Counted from the first letter of the stretch, positions 27,389-34,828 are shown. The stretch is 35,649 nucleotides of DNA from an uncultured virus (IMG/VR IMGVR_UViG_3300025417_000001) (IMGVR_UViG_3300025417_000001), one strand, 5' to 3'. Numbers and translations are program-made. The notes: a model not told the origin generated them from the letters alone.

Positions 27389-27482
27389 GTTCTGATTCTA
27401 AGTGTTTTTCCTCGCAGGAACGTGCTAAAGAGGGGACTACAAAAGTCTTACCGCAAATAGCACATTCCCAACGATTAGGCAT
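27378..27482 (-). CDS. 34-aa Zn-finger microprotein (absent from ORF track)
   Basis: MPNRWECAICGKTFVVPSLARSCEEKHLESEHDY; TAATG overlap with endolysin stop. Confidence 0.7.
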   Translation of the reverse strand: MPNRWECAICGKTFVVPSLARSCEEKHLESEHDY

Positions 27483-28279
27483 TATGCGTGGTTAAAGATT
27501 TCCTGCCAAGTGGTAGGTCCCACAATGCCGTTAGCATCTAGAGATGGATGCGCTGCTTGAATAGCCATGATTGCTTTTTTAGTTGCTGGGCCATATTGAC
27601 CATCTGCATCTAAATCAAGCGCCATTTGAATTAGCTTGACGTTATCTCCGCTATCTCCTGGCTTAATTGTTCCAGGGAATCCTGGGGCAGGCTTAGCTGG
27701 GGCTGGTGTTGCTGGGTGAGCAACAGTTGCACCTGCATAGTTAGGGCGACCAAAGCCAACAACTGAAGCCCATAGATGGCGCTTGTTGTCAACTTTGTAT
27801 CCACGAACGTTAGATGCAACTTCTCCACCATTGTTTGGTGAGCCCTTAGGCTTGTTATCTGGAGAAGTGTTTCCTTCTACAGTTGTAATTGTTCCATCGC
27901 CATTGTCCTTAAGAACAACTGCAACGTGTTGAATAGGGCTTGTAGGTAGTGCGTGAGGTACAAAAGAGAAGTAAATTAAATCTCCTGGTTGTGGGTGAGC
28001 ATCTGCAGCATCTGCCCATGCTCCAGCAGACTTAAATGCTGCTGCGCCTGATGGTGTGTAAACAGTATTAGGAATTGTTACTCCTGCTTGCTTAGCGCAC
28101 CACATCATGAAGCTTCCGCACCATGCTTGTCCATCATGACCTGTGAACTTGCCGTAATCGGTTTCGTTATCTTTTGGTCCTTCAATAACCCCAACTTGAG
28201 ATAGAGCTACTTCTAGAAAACGAGCAGCTGTTCCTGGTTGCGCATTAGTTACTGGTGGTACTGGTTTTGCTTGTCCCAT
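27482..28279 (-). CDS. Endolysin: CHAP amidase/peptidase + peptidoglycan-binding domain
   Basis: AWCGSFMMW (Cys), PQPGDLIYF, HVAVV (His), TVEGNT; C-terminal GDSGDNVKLIQ..ADGQYGPAT..NGIVGPTTW. Confidence 0.92.
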   Translation of the reverse strand: MGQAKPVPPVTNAQPGTAARFLEVALSQVGVIEGPKDNETDYGKFTGHDGQAWCGSFMMWCAKQAGVTIPNTVYTPSGAAAFKSAGAWADAADAHPQPGDLIYFSFVPHALPTSPIQHVAVVLKDNGDGTITTVEGNTSPDNKPKGSPNNGGEVASNVRGYKVDNKRHLWASVVGFGRPNYAGATVAHPATPAPAKPAPGFPGTIKPGDSGDNVKLIQMALDLDADGQYGPATKKAIMAIQAAHPSLDANGIVGPTTWQEIFNHA

Positions 28280-28288
28280 TATTACTCC

Positions 28289-28741
28289 TTAATTATAGTT
28301 AGGGTCAATTACTGCTGGTGTCGGTGCTTCGGCTGGAACTGAAGCCGCATCAACTGGTGTTGGTGCAGTAGCTGCTGGGGCATCTGCCACAGGTGCAGAA
28401 GCAGCTGGTGCTGCAGGTGCAATAGAACCGTCTGTTCCAATTGTGATAGCTGTTCCTGATTGACGTGCTTCTACTTGTAGATCAGCTGCAGTCTTGGCTT
28501 GTGTATCAATTGCAGAAAATGCTGCGTTGATTTCGTCAAGAGTTAGCTTTCCATCATCCATAAAGCCACGAGCAAGTTTTTCAACTACTGCTGCAACAGC
28601 GGTGATCCCTGCAACGCTCATTGCCTTAATGGTTGAGACACCTGCTACAGCACCAGCACCGATAACTCCAAGAGCACTAGCGGTGAAGGCTGCGACAATG
28701 CGCATTAATACGTTCCAAAATAATTTCATACCGTCTTTCAT
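28289..28741 (-). CDS. Two-TM membrane protein (holin candidate) with partial EF-hand-like motif and Ala/Pro tail
   Basis: Hydrophobic N-half; DDGKLTLDEI; adjacent to endolysin. Confidence 0.6.
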   Translation of the reverse strand: MKDGMKLFWNVLMRIVAAFTASALGVIGAGAVAGVSTIKAMSVAGITAVAAVVEKLARGFMDDGKLTLDEINAAFSAIDTQAKTAADLQVEARQSGTAITIGTDGSIAPAAPAASAPVADAPAATAPTPVDAASVPAEAPTPAVIDPNYN

Positions 28742-28923
28742 TATTTCTCCTTAGGGTTGCGAAGGCGTAGTGTAAGAACCCATACTGCAAATGATGCAAG
28801 GGTTATTTTTCCAATTACGGTTTTTGCTGAACCAGTTAAGACTAGCCACGCAGAGAATAACCCTACGAATGTCCAAATCTCGCTGAAAAAATCAGCTGAT
28901 ATGTCTTTGAAGAACTGCTTCAT
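28741..28923 (-). CDS. 60-aa two-TM membrane protein
   Basis: IWTFVGLFSAWLVL and ITLASFAVWVLTL; translationally coupled to neighbours. Confidence 0.75.
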   Translation of the reverse strand: MKQFFKDISADFFSEIWTFVGLFSAWLVLTGSAKTVIGKITLASFAVWVLTLRLRNPKEK

Positions 28924-31365
28924 TTATCTCCCGAACTTCCTTCTAACTGCGGCGATAACGGTCGTTAACACCAAAATCTTTTTAGCTTTCTTACGAGTAA
29001 CAGGGCTCATGTCATTTCCGATGTTAGCCATAGCAACGAACGCGTGGTTAAGTGCTTGAACTCCAGGCACAGCAGCAATGGCTCCTGTTACTGGTTGTTC
29101 AATTACTGGGACAGCAACGTCAGGTGCATTAAATGTTGTTCCGCCTGGTTGTCCGATAAATGTACTTGCAATTGTAATTGCATCGGCGGGGATTGGGAGA
29201 CCTGAACCAGGAGGAGGAGCAGGTGGTGTTAGCTTTCCATCTTCACCCACAACTTGCGGTGCTGATTTAGTTCCAAAAAACTCAATACCGCCGTTTTCAA
29301 CACCTGCTTGGTCTACCTGAACATGGGGTACCAAAACTTCTGCAGGTGCAACTTTAGGTGTAGTATCAGACAATTGATCAGGGCTATTAGATACAAGCCC
29401 AGGAACTACAGGAGGTTGCGGTGCAGGACTTGGTGCAGGTGCTGGAGCGGGCGCAGGAGCGGGTGCAGGCGCTGGCAAAGGAGCAGGTTGCGGTGCTGGG
29501 GCTGGTTGTGGCTCTGGTTGCGGAACTGGCTGAGGATCAGGAGTAGGCTGTGGAGCAGGAGCAGAATCAGGTTGCGGAGTATCTGGAGCGGCGGGCGCAG
29601 CAGGCGCTGGAGAAGGCTTTGGCAAAGGAGGCTGCGCGACAGGCTCAGGAGCGGGAGCCGTGGGCGTCGGAGTCAATAGCAGAACCACCGATTGCGCAAC
29701 AGAAGTTACAGTAGTAGCAGCATCGTTCACTGCTGCAGTTGCAGTATCTGCAAGTGATTCAGCAGAAGCAAGAAGAGATGTCGCAGTATCTTCCGTAACT
29801 TGTAAAACTGTTTGAGCAGTAGCTAACTGTGCAGTAGCAGAATCATAGTTTGCTTGTGCAGTTGCTTGTACTGTTTGTTGTATAGTTAATGCGTTTTGCG
29901 CGGTTAAAAGTGCATTTTGATATGTTGCAAGGGTATTTGTATCAGAATTAAGAATTGATTTAGCAGCGTCTGCAGCAGCAACCAAGGCTGGGTCTTGAAC
30001 AGTACTGCTTACTAAATGACTATAGTTAACTGAAGTAGGGGATGTAAAGTATTGGTTATTTACCATCCATCCTAAAGTAACCCCAGCACCACCGCCGTTT
30101 TCATAATACCAAAGCGTTATAGCTTGAGTTTTATTAGTAGAAACATCTATAGGAGCGCTATAACCACTCCAGTTTAATCCTTGGTCTCTCCAGTTATTTA
30201 CCGCTAAATTTCCATTTATATAAAGTCTAGAGCCGTCATCTGAATAGACCGCGTATTTAATGGTGTTCATACTTGGGTCTACAGTTATCTGTCCTGTGAA
30301 TTTAACTATTACATGGTCGGATAAGCCAGAGTTAAGAATCTGACCACTTCCCCAGTTAAAGTTGATTGTTGGAACAGTCAAAGTTTCTATTGGTGTTGCG
30401 TTTGCTGCAGGCAAGGCTGGTGAAGAACCATTTGCCGCCGCATACACTTGAGCAACTAATCCTGGGGCTGAAACAGTTCCAGTTACAGCAGAGTTAGCAG
30501 CAGCTGCTTGAGCATTTGTCAAATTGACAGTATCTGTTGCAACCACAGCGGTTTGGGTATCTACATTAGATTGGGCCAAATCTACATTAGATTGGGCTGT
30601 AGCCGTATTTGTCTCTTCTGTAGATAGGGTAGCTTGGGCATCAGCCACAACAGCCGTGGCGCTATCTACCCCAGCTTGGGCTACGACTACGACATCTGCG
30701 GCGTTCTTAGCGGCTGTGAGGGCATCCTGAGCCGTTTGAAGGGCATCTTGGGCGCCTTGTACGGCTACTGTGGCACTATCCACCATAGATTGGGCTTCAG
30801 GATTATTTGCCACCTGATTTACTACATCTGGCAAAGTTTGCAAAGTAGCAGTAGCAGAATCAACGGCGTTCTGTAGAGTAGACTGAGCAGTGGTTATTTG
30901 ATTAGATACAGAGGTTAAAGATGTGGCGAAAGTATCGGAAAATGAAACAGGAGATTGCGGAGCTGAAGAGGGTTGCGTTTGATTACCAGAAAGACTGGCA
31001 TCGGATGATGAATCTTGTGAAAGCGATGGATTTAGAACTTGAGCACTATCAAGAGTTGAATCAGAGGTTGATGAAAGACTTGAAGAAGAGGAAGAAGAAG
31101 TAGATGGCTGTACTTGAGATTCTACTAACACTGTTGAGTCTGATTGGACTTGCTGCGTATCTGACGTACTTAGAGTGGAAGATGTCGCATCCGAATTGGA
31201 TGAAAGATTCTGAGACTGCTCAGAAGCAGTCGTTAAAGAATCTGCAGCGTTAGCTTTTGTAGGCAAGCCAAAAGTTAGGCAGAAGAGAACGGCACCTCCG
31301 CCAAGGCCTAAGTGAACCAGTTTTTTATTGTCAACGAATTGTGCTGCGAGATTGCGCAGTTTAAT
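28924..31365 (-). CDS. Large exported surface protein: signal peptide, Ser-rich region, coiled-coil stalk, PA14 domain, Pro-rich spacer, C-terminal hydrophobic anchor
   Basis: PA14 motifs INFNWGSG, SDDGSRLYING, YYENGGGAGVTLGW; in-frame extension upstream of 31266 encodes a signal peptide, probable ATT start at 31365. Confidence 0.8.
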   Translation of the reverse strand: MKLRNLAAQFVDNKKLVHLGLGGGAVLFCLTFGLPTKANAADSLTTASEQSQNLSSNSDATSSTLSTSDTQQVQSDSTVLVESQVQPSTSSSSSSSLSSTSDSTLDSAQVLNPSLSQDSSSDASLSGNQTQPSSAPQSPVSFSDTFATSLTSVSNQITTAQSTLQNAVDSATATLQTLPDVVNQVANNPEAQSMVDSATVAVQGAQDALQTAQDALTAAKNAADVVVVAQAGVDSATAVVADAQATLSTEETNTATAQSNVDLAQSNVDTQTAVVATDTVNLTNAQAAAANSAVTGTVSAPGLVAQVYAAANGSSPALPAANATPIETLTVPTINFNWGSGQILNSGLSDHVIVKFTGQITVDPSMNTIKYAVYSDDGSRLYINGNLAVNNWRDQGLNWSGYSAPIDVSTNKTQAITLWYYENGGGAGVTLGWMVNNQYFTSPTSVNYSHLVSSTVQDPALVAAADAAKSILNSDTNTLATYQNALLTAQNALTIQQTVQATAQANYDSATAQLATAQTVLQVTEDTATSLLASAESLADTATAAVNDAATTVTSVAQSVVLLLTPTPTAPAPEPVAQPPLPKPSPAPAAPAAPDTPQPDSAPAPQPTPDPQPVPQPEPQPAPAPQPAPLPAPAPAPAPAPAPAPSPAPQPPVVPGLVSNSPDQLSDTTPKVAPAEVLVPHVQVDQAGVENGGIEFFGTKSAPQVVGEDGKLTPPAPPPGSGLPIPADAITIASTFIGQPGGTTFNAPDVAVPVIEQPVTGAIAAVPGVQALNHAFVAMANIGNDMSPVTRKKAKKILVLTTVIAAVRRKFGR

Positions 31366-31393
31366 TTTTAATCTCTCCCCAGAGTGTCAAAGA

Positions 31394-31594
31394 CTATTTT
31401 ATCAAATTAAATTCGCCCTCAGGGTCAAACACATGATTTGCTTTTAGTATTAACTCTGTTCCTGCTTGTCGTGCGTGATGCCCACAGAATAATAACTCAC
31501 CTGTTGTAAATGTAGCTACAACTTTTGCAGCAGCGCCGCAAGAATCACAACGGTCCGCTAGCGTTAGTTCACGCGTAGTTACCGTTGTTGTCAT
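31394..31594 (-). CDS. Actinobacterial small Zn-binding protein (DUF7455-like)
   Basis: LTLADRCDSCGAAA...GELLFCGHHAR. Confidence 0.8.
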   Translation of the reverse strand: MTTTVTTRELTLADRCDSCGAAAKVVATFTTGELLFCGHHARQAGTELILKANHVFDPEGEFNLIK

Positions 31595-31743
31595 TACTTG
31601 TCCTTTTCTTTCTTTTCTTGTGCTAAAAAGTGTTGTGCCATTTCATTTTGCTTTTCAGCTGTCCATTCCCAATTTGGGTCTTCTGAACCTTCATATGGAT
31701 CAAATTGGCTTTCTGTACGCTTATCTTCTAAATGACGCTTCAT
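31594..31743 (-). CDS. 49-aa hypothetical protein (absent from ORF track)
   Basis: MKRHLEDKRTESQFDPYEGSEDPNWEWTAEKQNEMAQHFLAQEKKEKDK; TAATG overlap with next gene. Confidence 0.65.
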   Translation of the reverse strand: MKRHLEDKRTESQFDPYEGSEDPNWEWTAEKQNEMAQHFLAQEKKEKDK

Positions 31744-31748
31744 GTAAC

Positions 31749-32024
31749 TCATGCAACACCACTTCCCGCGCCTGTTATTCCCGCACCTGCTGCAGCACCA
31801 GCGCCTGAACTCATACTAGCACCTTCTGCAGCTTCTTGTGAAGGAGTCTCACCCATTTCTGAACTAGGTGATTCGCTATTTTCATAATTAGACATAGGGG
31901 ATTCAGCACCAAATGTACCGACAACACCACTACCGCCAATAGTTAAATAAGAAGGATTAACAACATCCCATGTACCGCGGTTAGGAAATTGTTCTGCATA
32001 TTTAAATTTTTTAGAAATCTTCAT
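31749..32024 (-). CDS. Hypothetical protein
   Basis: ATGA coupling; acidic and Gly/Ala-rich tail. Confidence 0.6.
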   Translation of the reverse strand: MKISKKFKYAEQFPNRGTWDVVNPSYLTIGGSGVVGTFGAESPMSNYENSESPSSEMGETPSQEAAEGASMSSGAGAAAGAGITGAGSGVA

Positions 32025-32386
32025 ACTTTCTTCGCCTTAATCCCGTGCTTCTTGAACATCTTAACATTCTTGGACTTATCATCATAAGCTTTTTTAACAT
32101 TAAACTGCTTAGAGATTTCTGTATTTAAAACATGTGCTTTTTCGCGGTAATCTGGTTCAGTATTATGTTCAGGACGAACGTGTAGTTCAGCCTTACCTAG
32201 CCCATGCTTCTTCAACCAGTGCTCTGTTCCAGCCTTCTTACCTTCTGATTCTCCGCTTAAAACGATGACATGTTCTTTCTTTTCATCTTTTAGCGCTTTC
32301 TTAAGAACCTTCTTGTTAGACTTTCCAGAACCCTTATCTCTAAGAGTGTCATTGAAGTCAAAGATTACAGCGTTCTTTTTAGACAT
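32021..32386 (-). CDS. HAD-fold protein resembling the T4 PNK 3'-phosphatase domain, with altered motifs
   Basis: AVIFDFNDTL, VIVLSGE, TEHWLKKHG, RP...D...K, AYDD...VKMF. Confidence 0.75.
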   Translation of the reverse strand: MSKKNAVIFDFNDTLRDKGSGKSNKKVLKKALKDEKKEHVIVLSGESEGKKAGTEHWLKKHGLGKAELHVRPEHNTEPDYREKAHVLNTEISKQFNVKKAYDDKSKNVKMFKKHGIKAKKV

Positions 32387-32577
32387 TATGCCTGGTTCAT
32401 CTTTCTTTGGCGCAAAATTTCTTCTCCGCCAATTTCAATGTTACGTGGCATAACTGCGCCAGTACCAGGGCTCTTAAGAGCAGTCTTACCATCTGGCATC
32501 ATGACTACGTTGTAATGCCCAAAATCACGCACGTTCTGTGCGCCAGTATCTTTAAACTGTAGTTCGCTTGGGTTCAC
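32386..32577 (-). CDS. Hypothetical protein
   Basis: Coupled ORF; AGGAG RBS. Confidence 0.6.
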   Translation of the reverse strand: MNPSELQFKDTGAQNVRDFGHYNVVMMPDGKTALKSPGTGAVMPRNIEIGGEEILRQRKMNQA

Positions 32578-32864
32578 TTCTCGTTCTCCTTCTTACCAGC
32601 ACGGCGCTTGTTTTCTTTAGCAACATTCTTTCCGTGCTTCATAGCGCGAAGGTTGCCCTTACCATCATTGTTCTTATTGTTATCTTTGTGGTCTACATCT
32701 GTATCGCGGGAAAGTTTTCCATTCTTAGACTCATAATCAGCACGAGCCTTATTCTTGGAAGTGGTAACCCACTTATCGCCTACCTTCTTCTTGTAGACAT
32801 AAATAGGGCGTCCGCCATTTTCTTTAGAACCTTTGTAAGGTCCAAACTTCTTTGTCTCAGCCAT
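32574..32864 (-). CDS. Small HNH-motif protein
   Basis: DVDHKDNNKNNDGKGNLRAM...N. Confidence 0.7.
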   Translation of the reverse strand: MAETKKFGPYKGSKENGGRPIYVYKKKVGDKWVTTSKNKARADYESKNGKLSRDTDVDHKDNNKNNDGKGNLRAMKHGKNVAKENKRRAGKKENEK

Positions 32865-33022
32865 TACTTCTTCTTTTTCTTGGCAACAGCCATGTTGTCA
32901 ACTAAATTAGGATATGGGCGTCCAGCAGCTTTGGCACGTGCCTTAGCAGCAGACTTCTTAGCTGGTGAGAGCTTCTTGTCCTTTTTTGTTGGGTCAGGGG
33001 TTTCCCATACTTTTTTAGCCAT
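32864..33022 (-). CDS. 52-aa Lys/Ala-rich protein (absent from ORF track)
   Basis: MAKKVWETPDPTKKDKKLSPAKKSAAKARAKAAGRPYPNLVDNMAVAKKKK. Confidence 0.75.
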   Translation of the reverse strand: MAKKVWETPDPTKKDKKLSPAKKSAAKARAKAAGRPYPNLVDNMAVAKKKKK

Positions 33023-33209
33023 TTTTCTTATGCCAATCCTTTACAGACTTAACGCCTTGTTTGACGGTCTTTACTTTACCCTTGCTCTTCTTTGTTAAAT
33101 CAATCTTGTCATACTTGCCCTTGTTTCCCGCGTGGTCAACAATGACATCGCCCTTTTTGTTCTTCTTGATGGTATGGCCTTCGCCAGCTACCTTAATTGT
33201 CTTAGCCAT
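33015..33209 (-). CDS. Lys-rich small protein
   Basis: GGAG RBS; very high Lys content. Confidence 0.7.
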   Translation of the reverse strand: MAKTIKVAGEGHTIKKNKKGDVIVDHAGNKGKYDKIDLTKKSKGKVKTVKQGVKSVKDWHKKNG

Positions 33210-33398
33210 TTATGCTCCAATCGGGCTAGTACCTAGAGTGATACTAGGAGTGTTATCGCGGGTGTTCGTAGGTGCGGTCATCCCCTTTTCCATCTCTGTA
33301 GTACGAGCTGTCGCATCAGAAACGGCGGTTGTAGGGGTTGGCTTACTATCTGTTGTTACATCAGATGTAACAGGTGAAGTAACTAGATAATCGTTCAT
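33210..33398 (-). CDS. Thr-rich small protein
   Basis: Coupled ORF in operon. Confidence 0.6.
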   Translation of the reverse strand: MNDYLVTSPVTSDVTTDSKPTPTTAVSDATARTTEMEKGMTAPTNTRDNTPSITLGTSPIGA

Positions 33399-33637
33399 CG
33401 CATATCCATATTCCGTTTTGAGCGGTTAAGAATATCCGCTGATTGTTCAGATACATTATATCGTCCATATGAAGGGCGAGGACCATCATACTGACCAACG
33501 TGTACTACACGAAACTCATTAAGGCGGCTACGCTTAGGCTTAAGGCCTTTAGGACCTTTAGGGCTCTGATTCTTCTTAGGGGTGAACTCACCAAGAGCGC
33601 GCTCTGCTTTACTTCTTCCCCATGCTGGATCACTCAT
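33395..33637 (-). CDS. Basic hypothetical protein
   Basis: ATGA overlaps at both ends. Confidence 0.6.
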   Translation of the reverse strand: MSDPAWGRSKAERALGEFTPKKNQSPKGPKGLKPKRSRLNEFRVVHVGQYDGPRPSYGRYNVSEQSADILNRSKRNMDMR

Positions 33638-33726
33638 CTTTTAGCCTCACATACACAATTACATAGTTCGGATACGCATACGCCTAAATCCATCTCATGA
33701 CCGCACTTCTTGCAGTATAAGATCAT
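33634..33726 (-). CDS. 30-aa Cys-rich microprotein (absent from ORF track)
   Basis: MILYCKKCGHEMDLGVCVSELCNCVCEAKR; ATGA overlaps at both ends. Confidence 0.7.
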   Translation of the reverse strand: MILYCKKCGHEMDLGVCVSELCNCVCEAKR

Positions 33727-33953
33727 AGCTTTATATTATTCTCTCTTCTGTACTCTACGTAAGCATCAAAGAGCATCTCAATTAAGACCTTGGACTTATC
33801 CTTGTGTTTCGCGGTGAAGTGGTCGGACCATGCTTGGGCATTGAACTTAATGCTTGCACAGCCATTATTGATATCGTCCCAGCAAATCTTAGCGAACTTA
33901 GAGGTTGGGGTATCTAAGTCTATCTGCTCAAAGAGCCAAGTAATAAATCTCAT
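33723..33953 (-). CDS. Small helical protein, YozE/SAM-like
   Basis: FITWLFEQ...TPTSKFAK...D...FDAYVEY resembles the YozE pattern. Confidence 0.5.
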   Translation of the reverse strand: MRFITWLFEQIDLDTPTSKFAKICWDDINNGCASIKFNAQAWSDHFTAKHKDKSKVLIEMLFDAYVEYRRENNIKL

Positions 33954-34540
33954 GAGACTATGTTTTGCCCAGAGTCCTCTATAACAACTCCATTATTGTC
34001 TCTGTGGGCGTTGCTCATATCAGAGCCACTTCCACTATTAAACTCACCACGATTACGGCGGCGGTAGGTGGATGCATTTTTTATAGTATCTGAATAAGCA
34101 ACAGGAACAAGAGTATCTGGATTGTCATGTAAAGCAGCGGCAATACGATGGTGCCCACCTAATACATAAGGTTGCTCTCCAGAGCCAGAGTCTTTGAATT
34201 GTAGAGAGACGGGGTGCTTTATTCCTTGGCGCTTAATGGATTGCGAAAGCGTTTCTCCAAGTGTTATGTTTCTAGAGTTTCCAGGAGCGCCTCTATTGGC
34301 CTCCATTGCTTTACGCGCCCATACATCTTCGGCGGTTTCGCCCGCATGCACATCGCCTGGAAGAGGTTCGTATTCGGATACTATTTGTCCCGCGGTTTTC
34401 CAGATGGCAAGTTGTTCTGCTTTATCTTCTTGAAGCGATTTGATTTTGTCAACAGGACCACCAGGAACAATATTTAGTGGTTGACGAACGCCAGTAACTC
34501 CAGGAATAGTTCCTTGTTGAAATTCTGAATTACGTGCCAT
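33950..34540 (-). CDS. ParB/sulfiredoxin-like domain protein
   Basis: LSQSIKRQGIKHPV...YVLGGHHRIAAA...LVPV. Confidence 0.75.
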   Translation of the reverse strand: MARNSEFQQGTIPGVTGVRQPLNIVPGGPVDKIKSLQEDKAEQLAIWKTAGQIVSEYEPLPGDVHAGETAEDVWARKAMEANRGAPGNSRNITLGETLSQSIKRQGIKHPVSLQFKDSGSGEQPYVLGGHHRIAAALHDNPDTLVPVAYSDTIKNASTYRRRNRGEFNSGSGSDMSNAHRDNNGVVIEDSGQNIVS

Positions 34541-34547
34541 AAGTTGA

Positions 34548-34556
34548 AGTATGACA
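34548..34556 (-). promoter_or_regulatory. Extended -10 for probable leaderless transcript
   Basis: TGT-CATACT 7 nt upstream of ATG 34540; no SD. Confidence 0.5.
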
Positions 34557-34605
34557 TCCTAGCTATTTCTTTGCGAGGCAAAAATAGCGTACTTACACCA
34601 GCTTG

Positions 34606-34683
34606 TTATTTGGTGTGGTGGTCTCTTCCATGTATGAAGCCAATGACTATTCCTAGGAAGAAGCCAATATATGCTTTTATCAT
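34606..34683 (-). CDS. 25-aa single-TM micropeptide
   Basis: MIKAYIGFFLGIVIGFIHGRDHHTK; GAGGA RBS, ATGA overlap. Confidence 0.5.
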   Translation of the reverse strand: MIKAYIGFFLGIVIGFIHGRDHHTK

Positions 34684-34757
34684 CTGCGTCCTCTGAGTAT
34701 ATTCATCGCGGTTGCGGTGGTGATTATTACTATTACATATCCCAGTATCTCTTTCAA
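34680..34757 (-). CDS. 25-aa single-TM micropeptide
   Basis: MKEILGYVIVIITTATAMNILRGRR; TTG start overlapping the upstream TGA. Confidence 0.45.
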   Translation of the reverse strand: MKEILGYVIVIITTATAMNILRGRR

Positions 34758-34828
34758 TGCATTACCTTCACAATCGCGGTTACTAAGAGGGCTATTCCTA
34801 GGAGAGTATAGAAAGTCTTATCGCTCAT
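34754..34828 (-). CDS. 24-aa single-TM micropeptide
   Basis: MSDKTFYTLLGIALLVTAIVKVMH; ATGA overlap. Confidence 0.5.
   Translation of the reverse strand: MSDKTFYTLLGIALLVTAIVKVMH

Noticed and set aside
28924..31266. Long Ala-rich helical protein as tape measure
   Set aside because: Signal peptide, PA14 domain and Pro-rich spacer indicate a surface protein; no tail chaperone or tube genes adjacent
32568..33098. 176-aa hydrophobic plus-strand ORF
   Set aside because: Antisense shadow of Lys-rich minus-strand genes (AAG/AAA read as CTT/TTT)
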